This document shows positions 53,612 to 62,683 of a stretch of 64,000 bases of DNA, one piece after another. The notes beneath the pieces are model-generated. The model was not told the DNA's origin and did not search any database. It saw only the letters and a program-made list of their open reading frames with translations. The DNA comes from Eubacteriales bacterium. GTDB taxonomy: Bacteria > Bacillota > Clostridia > Oscillospirales > CAG-272. The stretch spans positions 933 through 64,932 of the forward strand of contig JAZOLE010000129.1 of assembly GCA_045652835.1 (NCBI GenBank), in the 5' to 3' direction. The first letter of the stretch is position 1. The number at the start of each line of letters is the position of its first letter. A program made the position numbers and the translations under genes.

Positions 53612-54436
53612 TTAATCAATGATCGGTTCTTCAACATCGGGAACTGCCGTTTCCTCGCTCGCCGTGGTGGTCGAGGAATCGCGGTTGATCACGAACTCGA
53701 ATAGCTGTTCAGTATACTCATACTCCTCGGGATCACCTTGCATGTTGGCATAGCAGGTCACGTTGTAGCTACCTGCATCCAGCTCATACGTGGGTATCAC
53801 GATATCACAGTAGCTAAGATATGCCGTACCGTCAATCGTGATTTCTTGGTGCTGTCTGTTTATAAAGCTTTCATCCCAGATAATCTCTCCGCCATTGATG
53901 GAATAGCCTAAAAGCACGTCCTTCTCGGGGCAGCGCCAGCATCCGCGCACGATCAGCTCGGAAATACTGCCGTCCACGTCGGCTTGGTAATTCCACGTGT
54001 CCTCTTCGCCTGGCTCATAGAAGCAGTTGATCACCTCTTGTCCGTTCAGTACTGCGACAAGGCAGTAGATACTGAATTTCTTTTCAGGAAAAGGCTCTCT
54101 TGGCTCGTCCAAATCACACGAGCCGCAATCACAACCGGTCTCCTCCCCCGTTGTATAAGGTCCCGTATACCCCTCGGTCCCGATCTCGTAAGGCGGCGTG
54201 GTCTCGATCTCGTAAGGCGGCGTGGTCTCGATCTCTACGGGCGGCATAGGCTCAATATCAATGAGAATATCGGTTTCAATCGGGATGTATTCATCCGTGG
54301 GATAGACGTGTTCGCCCACCGTAGCGTCCTTGATGTCTCCAAACAACTCGGCAACCAAACCGTTACCAAGGTCACAGGAGGTAAAGACAGTCACGCAAAG
54401 TGCGGTCAAGAGTAAAATCGAAATCGTTTTTTTCAT
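53612..54436 (-). CDS. lipoprotein paralogue 1 of 3
   Basis: MKKTISILLLTALCVTVFTSC lipobox. GGAGG RBS. C-terminal GYSINGG... domain. Confidence 0.75.
   Translation of the reverse strand: MKKTISILLLTALCVTVFTSCDLGNGLVAELFGDIKDATVGEHVYPTDEYIPIETDILIDIEPMPPVEIETTPPYEIETTPPYEIGTEGYTGPYTTGEETGCDCGSCDLDEPREPFPEKKFSIYCLVAVLNGQEVINCFYEPGEEDTWNYQADVDGSISELIVRGCWRCPEKDVLLGYSINGGEIIWDESFINRQHQEITIDGTAYLSYCDIVIPTYELDAGSYNVTCYANMQGDPEEYEYTEQLFEFVINRDSSTTTASEETAVPDVEEPIID
54181..54236 (-). repeat. 24-bp tandem repeat (~2.3 units) inside lipoprotein 1, encoding (E)IETTPPYEIETTPPYEI
   Basis: CTCGATCTCGTAAGGCGGCGTGGT is repeated directly. Confidence 0.7.
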
Positions 54437-54476
54437 GATAGTTTCCTCCTTAAATCATTTCATATTTGATCTTTCG

Positions 54477-55238
54477 TCAATCCATGATCGGCTGCGCGAT
54501 CTCCAAATTGAAAATACAAACCTGATCCTCCACGTTGGTAGCAAGCAGAGCCTCGTTGTTGTAATTTGCATACCATACCGTGATCTCATAGCTGCCTGCG
54601 GGCAGGTCTGCCAAGGGAATGTAAACCTGATATTCGCTTACGTAATCAGCGCCCTGATTAAAAAGCTGCTCCTTAATCTCGGGATCGGGATCTCTTTGAT
54701 AGGCGTCCGTGTAGTACGGAGTTCCGCCGTTGATGGAATATCCGAATCTTGCATAATGTGCATTTGTCAAGCCAAGGATACCGCTGACGATCAACGATTC
54801 ACAGCCCTGCTCGACAGTCACGTCATTCGGGTCAACCCACTGGTGATTATAGTTGGTAAATAAGGATTCCGTAAATATTTCACAGCCCGAGATATACTCA
54901 CAATCGACCTGATATACAACACTATACATGATCTGCGTCAGAGGCACGGTGGGCTCGATGATCACATCCTCGCTCCAATACTCCTCCACCGTGTACTCCT
55001 CGGTCGTTTCCGGCATGGGCGGTGCGGTTTCAATTTCAACCGTGCCCCAAGGCTCGATTGGATCGATCGCAACGTTTGCAGATTCATATACGTCTGCAGG
55101 CGGTTCGACATAGCCGTAATCATACTCATCCCGAATATCCCCAAACAACTCGGCAACCAGTCCGTTGCCAAGGTCACAGGAGGTAAAGACAGTCACGCAA
55201 AGTGCGGTCAAGAGTAAAATAGTAATCGTTTTTTTCAT
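54477..55238 (-). CDS. lipoprotein paralogue 2 of 3
   Basis: MKKTITILLLTALCVTVFTSC. The 5' ~100 nt are nearly identical to paralogue 1. Confidence 0.75.
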   Translation of the reverse strand: MKKTITILLLTALCVTVFTSCDLGNGLVAELFGDIRDEYDYGYVEPPADVYESANVAIDPIEPWGTVEIETAPPMPETTEEYTVEEYWSEDVIIEPTVPLTQIMYSVVYQVDCEYISGCEIFTESLFTNYNHQWVDPNDVTVEQGCESLIVSGILGLTNAHYARFGYSINGGTPYYTDAYQRDPDPEIKEQLFNQGADYVSEYQVYIPLADLPAGSYEITVWYANYNNEALLATNVEDQVCIFNLEIAQPIMD

Positions 55239-55273
55239 AGTTTTTGCCTCCTATCAATGTATCGTTTGCATAA

Positions 55274-55939
55274 TCAGCCGCACGCTGTATCATCATTGTA
55301 CGGATCTCTGTTCAATCGAAACGTAAAATACTCTCTTTGCACAAGATAATCCGATTCTGCGCCAATTGGATGACCTTCATACCAAACCGTGATCTGGTGT
55401 GTATTCGTAATATCACCCACCGGCACAAGGATGCTGAATGCGCTGACGTAGTCAGCTCCATCTTTGTACAAGCTATCCTTAAGTAATGCCTCGGGATCTT
55501 GCTGAAAGGTGGATGAGAAAACCGGCTCTCCACCATCGATGGAATATCCGAATATGACATAATCGGCTTTTGCAAGACCGATCCAGCCGTTGATCACCAG
55601 TTCTTGCACGGCACCATCTATCCTGATAGTCGAAACGGCCTCGGGAATATTGGCGTGCAATTCTTCGTAATGTCGGAGTTGGCCACCTTGATTGTATCCC
55701 TCTACCGTGGTGATTATAAAATCGGTCAGCCAAGGCGTTTTCACTTCGATCGGTGCGGTTTGATCAACCCAAGGCTCGGGCGGTGTTTGTATGATATGAT
55801 CCACAGACGGCTCGACAAGCACGTCCTCTTCGCCCAGTTCCTCCAACAACTCGGCAACCAAACCGTTGCCGACACTACAGGAGGTAAAGACGGTGATACA
55901 AACTGCGGTCAAGAGTAAAATTGTGATCGTTTTTTTCAT
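55274..55939 (-). CDS. lipoprotein paralogue 3 of 3
   Basis: MKKTITILLLTAVCITVFTSC. GYSIDGG... domain. Confidence 0.75.
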   Translation of the reverse strand: MKKTITILLLTAVCITVFTSCSVGNGLVAELLEELGEEDVLVEPSVDHIIQTPPEPWVDQTAPIEVKTPWLTDFIITTVEGYNQGGQLRHYEELHANIPEAVSTIRIDGAVQELVINGWIGLAKADYVIFGYSIDGGEPVFSSTFQQDPEALLKDSLYKDGADYVSAFSILVPVGDITNTHQITVWYEGHPIGAESDYLVQREYFTFRLNRDPYNDDTACG

Positions 55940-55981
55940 GGTTTTTGCCTCCTTTTCGTTTGATAAATATTATGATTTTAT

Positions 55982-56695
55982 TTAGATCTTTGCCTTTTTG
56001 ATTCTTCTCTTCATCTTGGTCAGATCGCGCAGCATCTTGAGCGTGTCGCGCACCAGGTTGACCGAGGATTCACGGTGGTTGATGATCTTAACGGGGATTT
56101 CGTGAATGGTCATGCCGTACTTGACAGCCCACAGAATTGCCTCGAAGTCAAATGCAAAGCGATCGACCTCGCATCTTGTAAAGATCTTTTTGACCGCATC
56201 CTGCGTAAATGCCTTGCATCCGCACTGGGAGTCGGAAAGCTTAAAGCCGCCTGCTAAGCACAGCACCTTGATATAGGTCTTGCTTGCCAGCTTACGAATG
56301 GGGGTATAGCCCTCATAGCCGTCCTTGGAGAGGTTGCGCGAGCCGATCACCATATCTGCCTCGGGGTGTGCAAGAAATGCATCGCGCACGCGACCGATGA
56401 CGTCGGTGCCGTAAGCAAGGTCAGCGTCGGTGAACATGACGTAATCGCCCTTGGCAGCCAGCATTGCGGTGCGTACAGCATAGCCCTTGCCGCGGTTCTG
56501 CTCGTATCCTACCACGCGCACACAGGGCAAGTGCAAAGCCTCAACCAGCTTATCACAGCCGTCTTTGGAACCGTCGTTGGAGAAAATGATCTCATAGTCC
56601 TCAAAATTTGCCTGCATATACGCGGAAAGCTGACGCGCGGTATCCTCGATGATGCTGGATTCGTTATACATGGGAATGCAAAGTGAAAATTTCAT
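55982..56695 (-). CDS. family-2 glycosyltransferase (polyprenol-phosphate glycosyltransferase-like)
   Basis: IPMYNES...FSNDGSKDG...FTDADL motifs. 237 aa. Confidence 0.82.
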   Translation of the reverse strand: MKFSLCIPMYNESSIIEDTARQLSAYMQANFEDYEIIFSNDGSKDGCDKLVEALHLPCVRVVGYEQNRGKGYAVRTAMLAAKGDYVMFTDADLAYGTDVIGRVRDAFLAHPEADMVIGSRNLSKDGYEGYTPIRKLASKTYIKVLCLAGGFKLSDSQCGCKAFTQDAVKKIFTRCEVDRFAFDFEAILWAVKYGMTIHEIPVKIINHRESSVNLVRDTLKMLRDLTKMKRRIKKAKI

Positions 56696-56716
56696 AGTTT
56701 TATAATCCTTTTTTAT

Positions 56717-57538
56717 TTATTTTCTGTAGATGTAAAGCAGCATGTCCACCTCGGTGGTCAAACGCTCCAGCTGTGCAAGCTTTTGCTTGTCCTGCTCGCT
56801 TGTGCGCCAATAGTAGGGCGTCATGGAGAACAGCGCCTCAATGTCATTCTGCCCTTCCACCGTGATTTCAAAACGCACGCTGCGCGTTTCGATCAGCTGC
56901 AGCGCGGTGGGCAGGTCTGCGCGCTCGGCATTTTCATAGGTGTTTTCGTACATGGCACGCTTCAGCCCCATCAGGTGCTGCGGTCCTGCGCCCAGCAGGA
57001 ACAGATATCCGCCGTCACCCAGCACGCGCGTGTATTCCTGCTCCGCGCAGGGAGCGAACACGTTGAGCACGCCATCCGCACCTGCGTCACACACAGGCAT
57101 GGTGTACACCGATGCAACAGCATAGGCGGCATGATCAATCCCCTGTGCCGCTGCGTCCTTGGCTGCTCTTGCGCAGCCGAATTTGGAAAGGTCAATGCCC
57201 AGCATGCGATACCCCTGCGCGGCTATGCGGTTGGCATAATAGCCCTGTCCGCAGCCTGCGTCAATCAAGGTCGCCCCTGTAGGCAAATAGTCCCGTACCG
57301 CCTGCTCCAGGGCAGCTGCGGCAGGGGCGTAATACCCCTTTTGCAAAAAGCTTGTCCGCGCGGCAATCGCCTGCTTGGAGTCGCCCCCGGGGGCATGCCC
57401 TACGGCTAAATTCACATAGCCCTCGCGCGCTACGTCAAAGCGGTGCTTGCCGCCAAGGCAACAAAGGCTTGTCCCCTCTGTGCGCACGCCGTTTTTACAC
57501 ACGGGGCAAATCAGTATATCGGTCAATGCACTTAACAT
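56717..57538 (-). CDS. RlmA-like SAM-dependent rRNA (guanine-N1) methyltransferase
   Basis: N-terminal Zn-finger CPVC...C..H.FD.AREGYVNL. SAM motif DAGCGQGYY. Confidence 0.7.
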   Translation of the reverse strand: MLSALTDILICPVCKNGVRTEGTSLCCLGGKHRFDVAREGYVNLAVGHAPGGDSKQAIAARTSFLQKGYYAPAAAALEQAVRDYLPTGATLIDAGCGQGYYANRIAAQGYRMLGIDLSKFGCARAAKDAAAQGIDHAAYAVASVYTMPVCDAGADGVLNVFAPCAEQEYTRVLGDGGYLFLLGAGPQHLMGLKRAMYENTYENAERADLPTALQLIETRSVRFEITVEGQNDIEALFSMTPYYWRTSEQDKQKLAQLERLTTEVDMLLYIYRK

Positions 57539-58140
57539 ATCGTTTCCTCTTTCTCTCTGCCCACAAGCGTCAGGTATTCCTCATAGGAGAGCAGCATCCG
57601 CAGCGCGTCAAGCAGCGCGTTTGCGGTCATATCCTCGGGCAATCCGCACGCACGTGCAATTTCTGCACGACGGGCTTTGCTGCCCTCACCGCCCGAAAGA
57701 CCGTCTATAAAGAAATCGGTCTTGGAAAGCGGATTTTCGCCCCTGCGCTGTGCCGCATCGCCCTGTGCATACGGAGCAAGCAGATCGCGCAAAAGCTGCG
57801 CGTCCATGCCCTCCACGCCAAGCAACCCTTGTGCACCGGGCGCTGTTTTGCGGCTTTCCTTACCCTTGATCTGCGGGATGTACAGCTGGATCAGCCGATC
57901 CTTGGGGATCATTCCCGAGATGTGCGAGCGAATGACCTTGCCGCCACCGTCACTGTCGGTCAGCACAATGATCATGCTCTTCTCGGCAAGTTTGCGCAAA
58001 AGCTGCGCCAGCTCCCGATTTTTGAACACCCCAAACCCTGCGGTGGGAATGATCTGCGCCTCGACGATTGAGGATAGCTTGATTTTATCATATTTTCCTT
58101 CCACGATGATGGGATACCCGATCACCAGCTTCTCAGACAT
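57532..58140 (-). CDS. Toprim-domain protein (RNase M5-like / DUF4093)
   Basis: PIIVEGKYDKIKL...VLTDSDGGGKVIR. Confidence 0.65.
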   Translation of the reverse strand: MSEKLVIGYPIIVEGKYDKIKLSSIVEAQIIPTAGFGVFKNRELAQLLRKLAEKSMIIVLTDSDGGGKVIRSHISGMIPKDRLIQLYIPQIKGKESRKTAPGAQGLLGVEGMDAQLLRDLLAPYAQGDAAQRRGENPLSKTDFFIDGLSGGEGSKARRAEIARACGLPEDMTANALLDALRMLLSYEEYLTLVGREKEETIC

Positions 58141-58149
58141 ACAAACTCC

Positions 58150-59031
58150 TTAAAACATAAAGTAACACAGCACCACAGCGCCAAGCAGGATGCGGTACAC
58201 GCCAAAGGGCGCAAAGCCGCGGTGCGATACAAAATCGATCAAAAAGCGAATGGACAGGCGCGAGGTCACATACGCAACCACGCCCGAAGCAAGCAGCACT
58301 ATCATAGCCTCTGCAGGCATACGCAAGCCGTTTTGCAGCATAAAGTGCGTAAATCCCAGCACCTTGATGCCGCACGCGCCCAGCATGACGGGTACAGCCA
58401 TGAAAAACGAAAGCTCCGCAGCCGTCTTGCGCGAAAGCCCCAGCAGCATGCCGCCCAAGATGCAAGATCCCGAGCGCGACGTGCCCGGCACCAGCGAGAG
58501 CACCTGAAAAAGTCCTACGCCAAAAGCCTTGGCATGCGAGATCTGACCAATCTCTTCCGTTCCCGTCTGCTCCCTGCCTTTGCGCATCCGCTCGACAACG
58601 ATGAAAAGCACACCGTAAAGGATCAGCATGGCGGCAACGGTGGCACCGTTATATAAAAGTCCATCCATGTCCTTGCCGCAAATTTTCTCACATACAGCGT
58701 CAGCCGTCACGCCCGCAATGCCTGCAGGAATGCAGCCTACGATCACGCGTGACCAAAGACGCAGCGAGGCGCGGCAAGCCGCTCGGTCCTTGATTGGCGG
58801 AAACAGCCGCCCCCAATACAGAGTCACAACTGCAAAAATCGCACCAAGCTGCACGGCAACCAAAAACAGCTCTCTGAACTCGGACGCAAACTGCGGATGC
58901 ACGTTCGTGCCCACGTTCAGCGTCAAAAACGAGTCAAGCAGGATCAGGTGTCCTGTGGAACTGACGGGCAACCATTCGGTCACGCCCTCGATAATGCCGT
59001 ATAGCAGCGATTTAAGCAGTAAGAATCCCAT
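58150..59031 (-). CDS. uppP: undecaprenyl-diphosphate phosphatase
   Basis: GIIEGVTEWLPVSSTGHL and PGTSRSG motifs. Confidence 0.9.
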   Translation of the reverse strand: MGFLLLKSLLYGIIEGVTEWLPVSSTGHLILLDSFLTLNVGTNVHPQFASEFRELFLVAVQLGAIFAVVTLYWGRLFPPIKDRAACRASLRLWSRVIVGCIPAGIAGVTADAVCEKICGKDMDGLLYNGATVAAMLILYGVLFIVVERMRKGREQTGTEEIGQISHAKAFGVGLFQVLSLVPGTSRSGSCILGGMLLGLSRKTAAELSFFMAVPVMLGACGIKVLGFTHFMLQNGLRMPAEAMIVLLASGVVAYVTSRLSIRFLIDFVSHRGFAPFGVYRILLGAVVLCYFMF

Positions 59032-59039
59032 TTATCTCC

Positions 59040-60341
59040 TTAAAGCGAATCAGGTCTGCGCTTGTCAAAGCCCTTGGGGCTACCCGCGCGCATGATATCA
59101 CCCTCGCGTATCTCAAAGGGCACGCGACACCAGAATGTCATGGAAGGGTGCGGTGCAGACGGGATTGCTGTGCCGTCGGGCGCGTAAAGCTCGCAAACGT
59201 CAAAGCCCACGCCAATCTTGCCGGGAGAGATGACCTCAGCCCCCTCACCCACGCTGACCTTGTTGCGCTGCACAAAGCGGTAAAGCGTTCCCTGCTCGTT
59301 TTGCATGGGCACGCCTGCCGCCTCAATCGCACTTGCTTCCTCTTGATTATACGCAGTTGCGGTAGCAAAATATGCCTTTTCGCGCATATATCCGCATTCG
59401 CCAAGCAGCTGCGGATTGTTCATGGGATCGTCAAGGTAGAAGCCCGTGCCGTAGGTACGGTGCGAAACGCTTTCCAGCTCGGTCAGCCAATCGGGATTAA
59501 ATACGTAATTTTCGGGATCAACCGTATAAGCATCCATCGCCATGCGGTAGGCGTTGGTAACCACGGCGGTATAGTAAGCACTCTTCATTCTTCCCTCAAT
59601 CTTGAAGGAATCAATGCCGCTGTTCATCAGCTGCGGAATGCACTCGATGGTGCACATATCCTTGGAGGACATGATAAACGTGCCGTGCTCGTTCTGCTCG
59701 ATCGGGATAGGCATTTCGGGGCGCTTTTCCTCAACCAGCACGTAATTCCATCTGCAGGGCTGCGAGCAAGTGCCGCGGTTGCCGTCGCGACCGTTGAGCG
59801 CATTGGCTAAGAGGCATCTGCCGCTGTACGACACGCACATAGAGCCGTGCACAAACGCCTCCAGCTCCACGTCCTCGGGAAGTGCTGCGCGAATGGCGGC
59901 AATATCCGAAAAGCTCAGCTCGCGCGCAAGCACCAATCGCTTGGCGCCCAAGGCAGCCCATGCGCAAGCCGCTGCAGGGCTGACAATGCTTGCCTGCGTG
60001 GAGATGTGGATCTCCATATCGGGCAAAATTTCCTTGACTGTGGCAAGCACGCCCATATCGGCAACGATCATGGCATCAATACCGAAATCACGGATCTCGT
60101 GTAAAAACTTGCGCAGCAAGGGATATTCGTTGGTGCGCGGCATGGTGTTAACTGTCAAATAAAGCTTTTTGCCACGCGCGTGGGTGTATTCCACCGCCTC
60201 GCGAAGCTCGTCATTGGTAAAATTATCTGCGGCAGAACGCATACCAAACATCTGTCCTGCGCAATATACGGCATCTGCGCCGTAAAGCAGCGCCGCCTTG
60301 AGTTTTTCAAAATTCCCCGCCGGGGATAAAAGTTCGGGCAT
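59040..60341 (-). CDS. peptidase U32-family protein
   Basis: PELLSPAGN...AVYCAG N-terminus and E.FVHGSMC..YSGRCLLS-like motif. Confidence 0.85.
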   Translation of the reverse strand: MPELLSPAGNFEKLKAALLYGADAVYCAGQMFGMRSAADNFTNDELREAVEYTHARGKKLYLTVNTMPRTNEYPLLRKFLHEIRDFGIDAMIVADMGVLATVKEILPDMEIHISTQASIVSPAAACAWAALGAKRLVLARELSFSDIAAIRAALPEDVELEAFVHGSMCVSYSGRCLLANALNGRDGNRGTCSQPCRWNYVLVEEKRPEMPIPIEQNEHGTFIMSSKDMCTIECIPQLMNSGIDSFKIEGRMKSAYYTAVVTNAYRMAMDAYTVDPENYVFNPDWLTELESVSHRTYGTGFYLDDPMNNPQLLGECGYMREKAYFATATAYNQEEASAIEAAGVPMQNEQGTLYRFVQRNKVSVGEGAEVISPGKIGVGFDVCELYAPDGTAIPSAPHPSMTFWCRVPFEIREGDIMRAGSPKGFDKRRPDSL

Positions 60342-60364
60342 AGTACCCCTCCGTTTCTATGCAG

Positions 60365-60421
60365 CGCCTTCACTTATATAGACGCCAAAATTCTTAAAAT
60401 GTTCCCTGTTTTTGAAAATTA
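60365..60421 (-). promoter_or_regulatory. copy M7 of the shared upstream module, upstream of the U32 operon
   Basis: The reverse complement reads TTTTCAAAAACAGGGAACATTTTAAGAATTTTGGCGTCTATATAAGTGAAGGCG. Confidence 0.4.
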
Positions 60422-60877
60422 TTTTTGATTTTGCTCTTTTTCCTGCATTTTTTTATAGTTGGCAGCCTCGATTGCAGGACGAATGACCTGCGTATACACA
60501 ATCGCACCGACAAGAACGCACAACGTCAGGCAAGGCCAGATAATGTACCCCTCGGGGGTCAGGATCAGCACCAGGATAAAGGTCAAAAGCGAGAGGCAGA
60601 ACAGCGAAACCAAGAAAACGGTGACCAGATTGCGCTTTTTTTGCTGCTTTTCGCGGTATGCCTTGACCTCATCGTTCTCATGGCTGGCACCTGTTGCCGC
60701 CTGCTGTTCCATGCGCGCGATCTCCTTGGCGTATTGCTCGTAAAGCGCGTCCGCATCGCGATATCCGTGGATCTTTTGGAGCAAGCTCAATGCGCGATAA
60801 TACTCGTGCACCGCGCAAGGTGCAGGCTCTGTTGCCTCGGTGTATATTTGCAATTTTTCGTCTTCTGTATAAGCCAT
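60419..60877 (-). CDS. hypothetical protein with two C-terminal TM helices
   Basis: AGGAG RBS before ATG at 60877 (MAYTEDEK). The ORF-track start lies further upstream. Confidence 0.55.
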   Translation of the reverse strand: MAYTEDEKLQIYTEATEPAPCAVHEYYRALSLLQKIHGYRDADALYEQYAKEIARMEQQAATGASHENDEVKAYREKQQKKRNLVTVFLVSLFCLSLLTFILVLILTPEGYIIWPCLTLCVLVGAIVYTQVIRPAIEAANYKKMQEKEQNQK

Positions 60878-61053
60878 TCTACTCTCCTTAAAAATAAGCA
60901 CAGTTTTTTTCATTATAACATATTCTCGGCAAAATCTCAAGAGGATTTTGCAAATATACTTTCAAAATAAGGAAAAATCCAATCCGTGTTGAAGCGGCGC
61001 GGGCTTGCTCCCGTGGCTTTGATCGGGATGTTTTACAAATCTTGGCGGAGATA

Positions 61054-61082
61054 TTGATTTCTCTGCCGCTTGGTGATATAAT
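61054..61082 (+). promoter_or_regulatory. sigma-A promoter (extended -10)
   Basis: TTGATT-17-TATAAT with TG. Confidence 0.55.
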
Positions 61083-61160
61083 GGAGTTAACAAAAGCATT
61101 TCCACACTGCTTTTGTACTGCTAAGGCAAAGCCAACGTAAGTTTTTTAAAGGATTGTCGA

Positions 61161-61682
61161 ATGATGAAAAATATTAAATGCAACGTCAAGCAATCGGTCG
61201 TGATGATTTTCATGGGCATCGCTCTATTGGCAATATGCTTCTTTTTGGGCTTCTGCGATTTTCGTCAATACGTAGAAGTTGCGCTTTTCAACAATAACGT
61301 GGTCTACTATCTTCTCAAAGCCTTTATGGTCTTTGGCTTTGTGTTTTTCGGACTTGGTATATTGGTCGTTCTTCGTAACGTTCTCTTCTTCAGAGATAGG
61401 ACGATAGAATTCGGGGACGATTATTTGGTAGACAGATCCTCGTTAGCCGGCGGTGGTAAAATACACTATGCGGAGATTGAACACGTATATATCAAAGGAC
61501 CGTTTTTGTGTATTGCACTGAACAATGCAGAGCAATACCTGAAAAGGCAAAACTTTTTAAAGCAGATATTTATGCGTGCAAACAAAAAAATGGGATATGA
61601 TTATATCACCGTATCTGATAATTTTTTAGACACCGACGTGTTTGAAATCAAAAAAATCCTCAAAGAAAAATTAAATCGCTGA
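61161..61682 (+). CDS. 2-TM + PH-like-domain membrane protein (STM3941-like architecture), AT-richer
   Basis: 173 aa. Two N-terminal TM helices followed by a soluble domain. The family call is tentative. Confidence 0.5.
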   Translation: MMKNIKCNVKQSVVMIFMGIALLAICFFLGFCDFRQYVEVALFNNNVVYYLLKAFMVFGFVFFGLGILVVLRNVLFFRDRTIEFGDDYLVDRSSLAGGGKIHYAEIEHVYIKGPFLCIALNNAEQYLKRQNFLKQIFMRANKKMGYDYITVSDNFLDTDVFEIKKILKEKLNR

Positions 61683-61710
61683 ATCAAAATCTCCTCCAAG
61701 CTGTATAAAA

Positions 61711-61746
61711 ATCCCCCGACAGACCTAAATCTGTCGGGGATTTTTC
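61711..61746. terminator. bidirectional terminator
   Basis: TCCCCGACAG-acctaaat-CTGTCGGGGA with A and T runs. Confidence 0.8.
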
Positions 61747-61781
61747 ATGCTTGTAAGAAACAGCCCTTTGGGGATACGGAT

Positions 61782-62570
61782 TTATTCGGGAAGTTGCTCT
61801 GCGCTGGGCAGACCCGGCCATTCAAACGCCTCCATGGACTTTTCATAGCCGTAATAAAAATCGCTTTCAACAGGCGCATCGGTGGTGATGAGGTAGCGAC
61901 CGGGCGTCAATCCCTCCAGCTCTGCCAAGACCCACACGTAAGTGCCCTCCAGATTGGAGTACATATCCAGCTCGTAAAGGTCGGAATAGTAAGCGTATCC
62001 GACAACGCCGTTCTGCTCTGTGCAGTCATCGTAGATCGCACCGTAATCCATCACGAAATCCACGTTATGCCAGTTAAAGGCAATGCGGTAGAAATTGCCG
62101 TCCTTGGGGATGTTCAGGTATAGGCAAACGTTGGTGGAGTCGATCATGCTGATTACGCCACCACCCCATTCGGCTAAGTAGTCGATGGCATCCTGCATGC
62201 AGGAAAATTCCTCACCGTCATCGGTCACACAGATCGGATAACCGAAATCGTATCTGCCGTCATAGCAATCGGTCACACCGTCCATAGACGTGCCAACCTT
62301 GATCAGGTTGAGATAGGGGTTATTGGGATCATCGTCCGCAAACTGATCGCGCCCTGCAAGCTGTGTTTCCGGCTCGGTTTGGGCTTGCGTGGTCTGCTCT
62401 TCGGTGATCTCGGACTGTGTGGTCTGCTCCTCGGTGATAGGAGCTTGGGTTTCGGGCTGGGTGGTCGGTTCAGGGGTAGTTTGCTCATTGGTTTTGCCTT
62501 GATCGCACGCAACAAGTGCAAGCATCATAAGCACGCAGAGCACGATGGATAAAACGCGAAGATTTCTCAT
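61782..62570 (-). CDS. lipoprotein with T/Q/E/P-rich linker, unknown function
   Basis: Lipobox LALVAC. GGAGG RBS. Repeated (I)TEEQTTQ(S/A) units. Confidence 0.7.
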   Translation of the reverse strand: MRNLRVLSIVLCVLMMLALVACDQGKTNEQTTPEPTTQPETQAPITEEQTTQSEITEEQTTQAQTEPETQLAGRDQFADDDPNNPYLNLIKVGTSMDGVTDCYDGRYDFGYPICVTDDGEEFSCMQDAIDYLAEWGGGVISMIDSTNVCLYLNIPKDGNFYRIAFNWHNVDFVMDYGAIYDDCTEQNGVVGYAYYSDLYELDMYSNLEGTYVWVLAELEGLTPGRYLITTDAPVESDFYYGYEKSMEAFEWPGLPSAEQLPE

Positions 62571-62683
62571 AATTTCCTCCTTTTCCGGCAGTTTTCTGCC
62601 CTATGCTTGTATTATAGCATACCCGGCGCGCTTTGTCAATCAAAAAAGACTGATTCAAGTCTGCTTGAATCAGTCCTTTGGTA

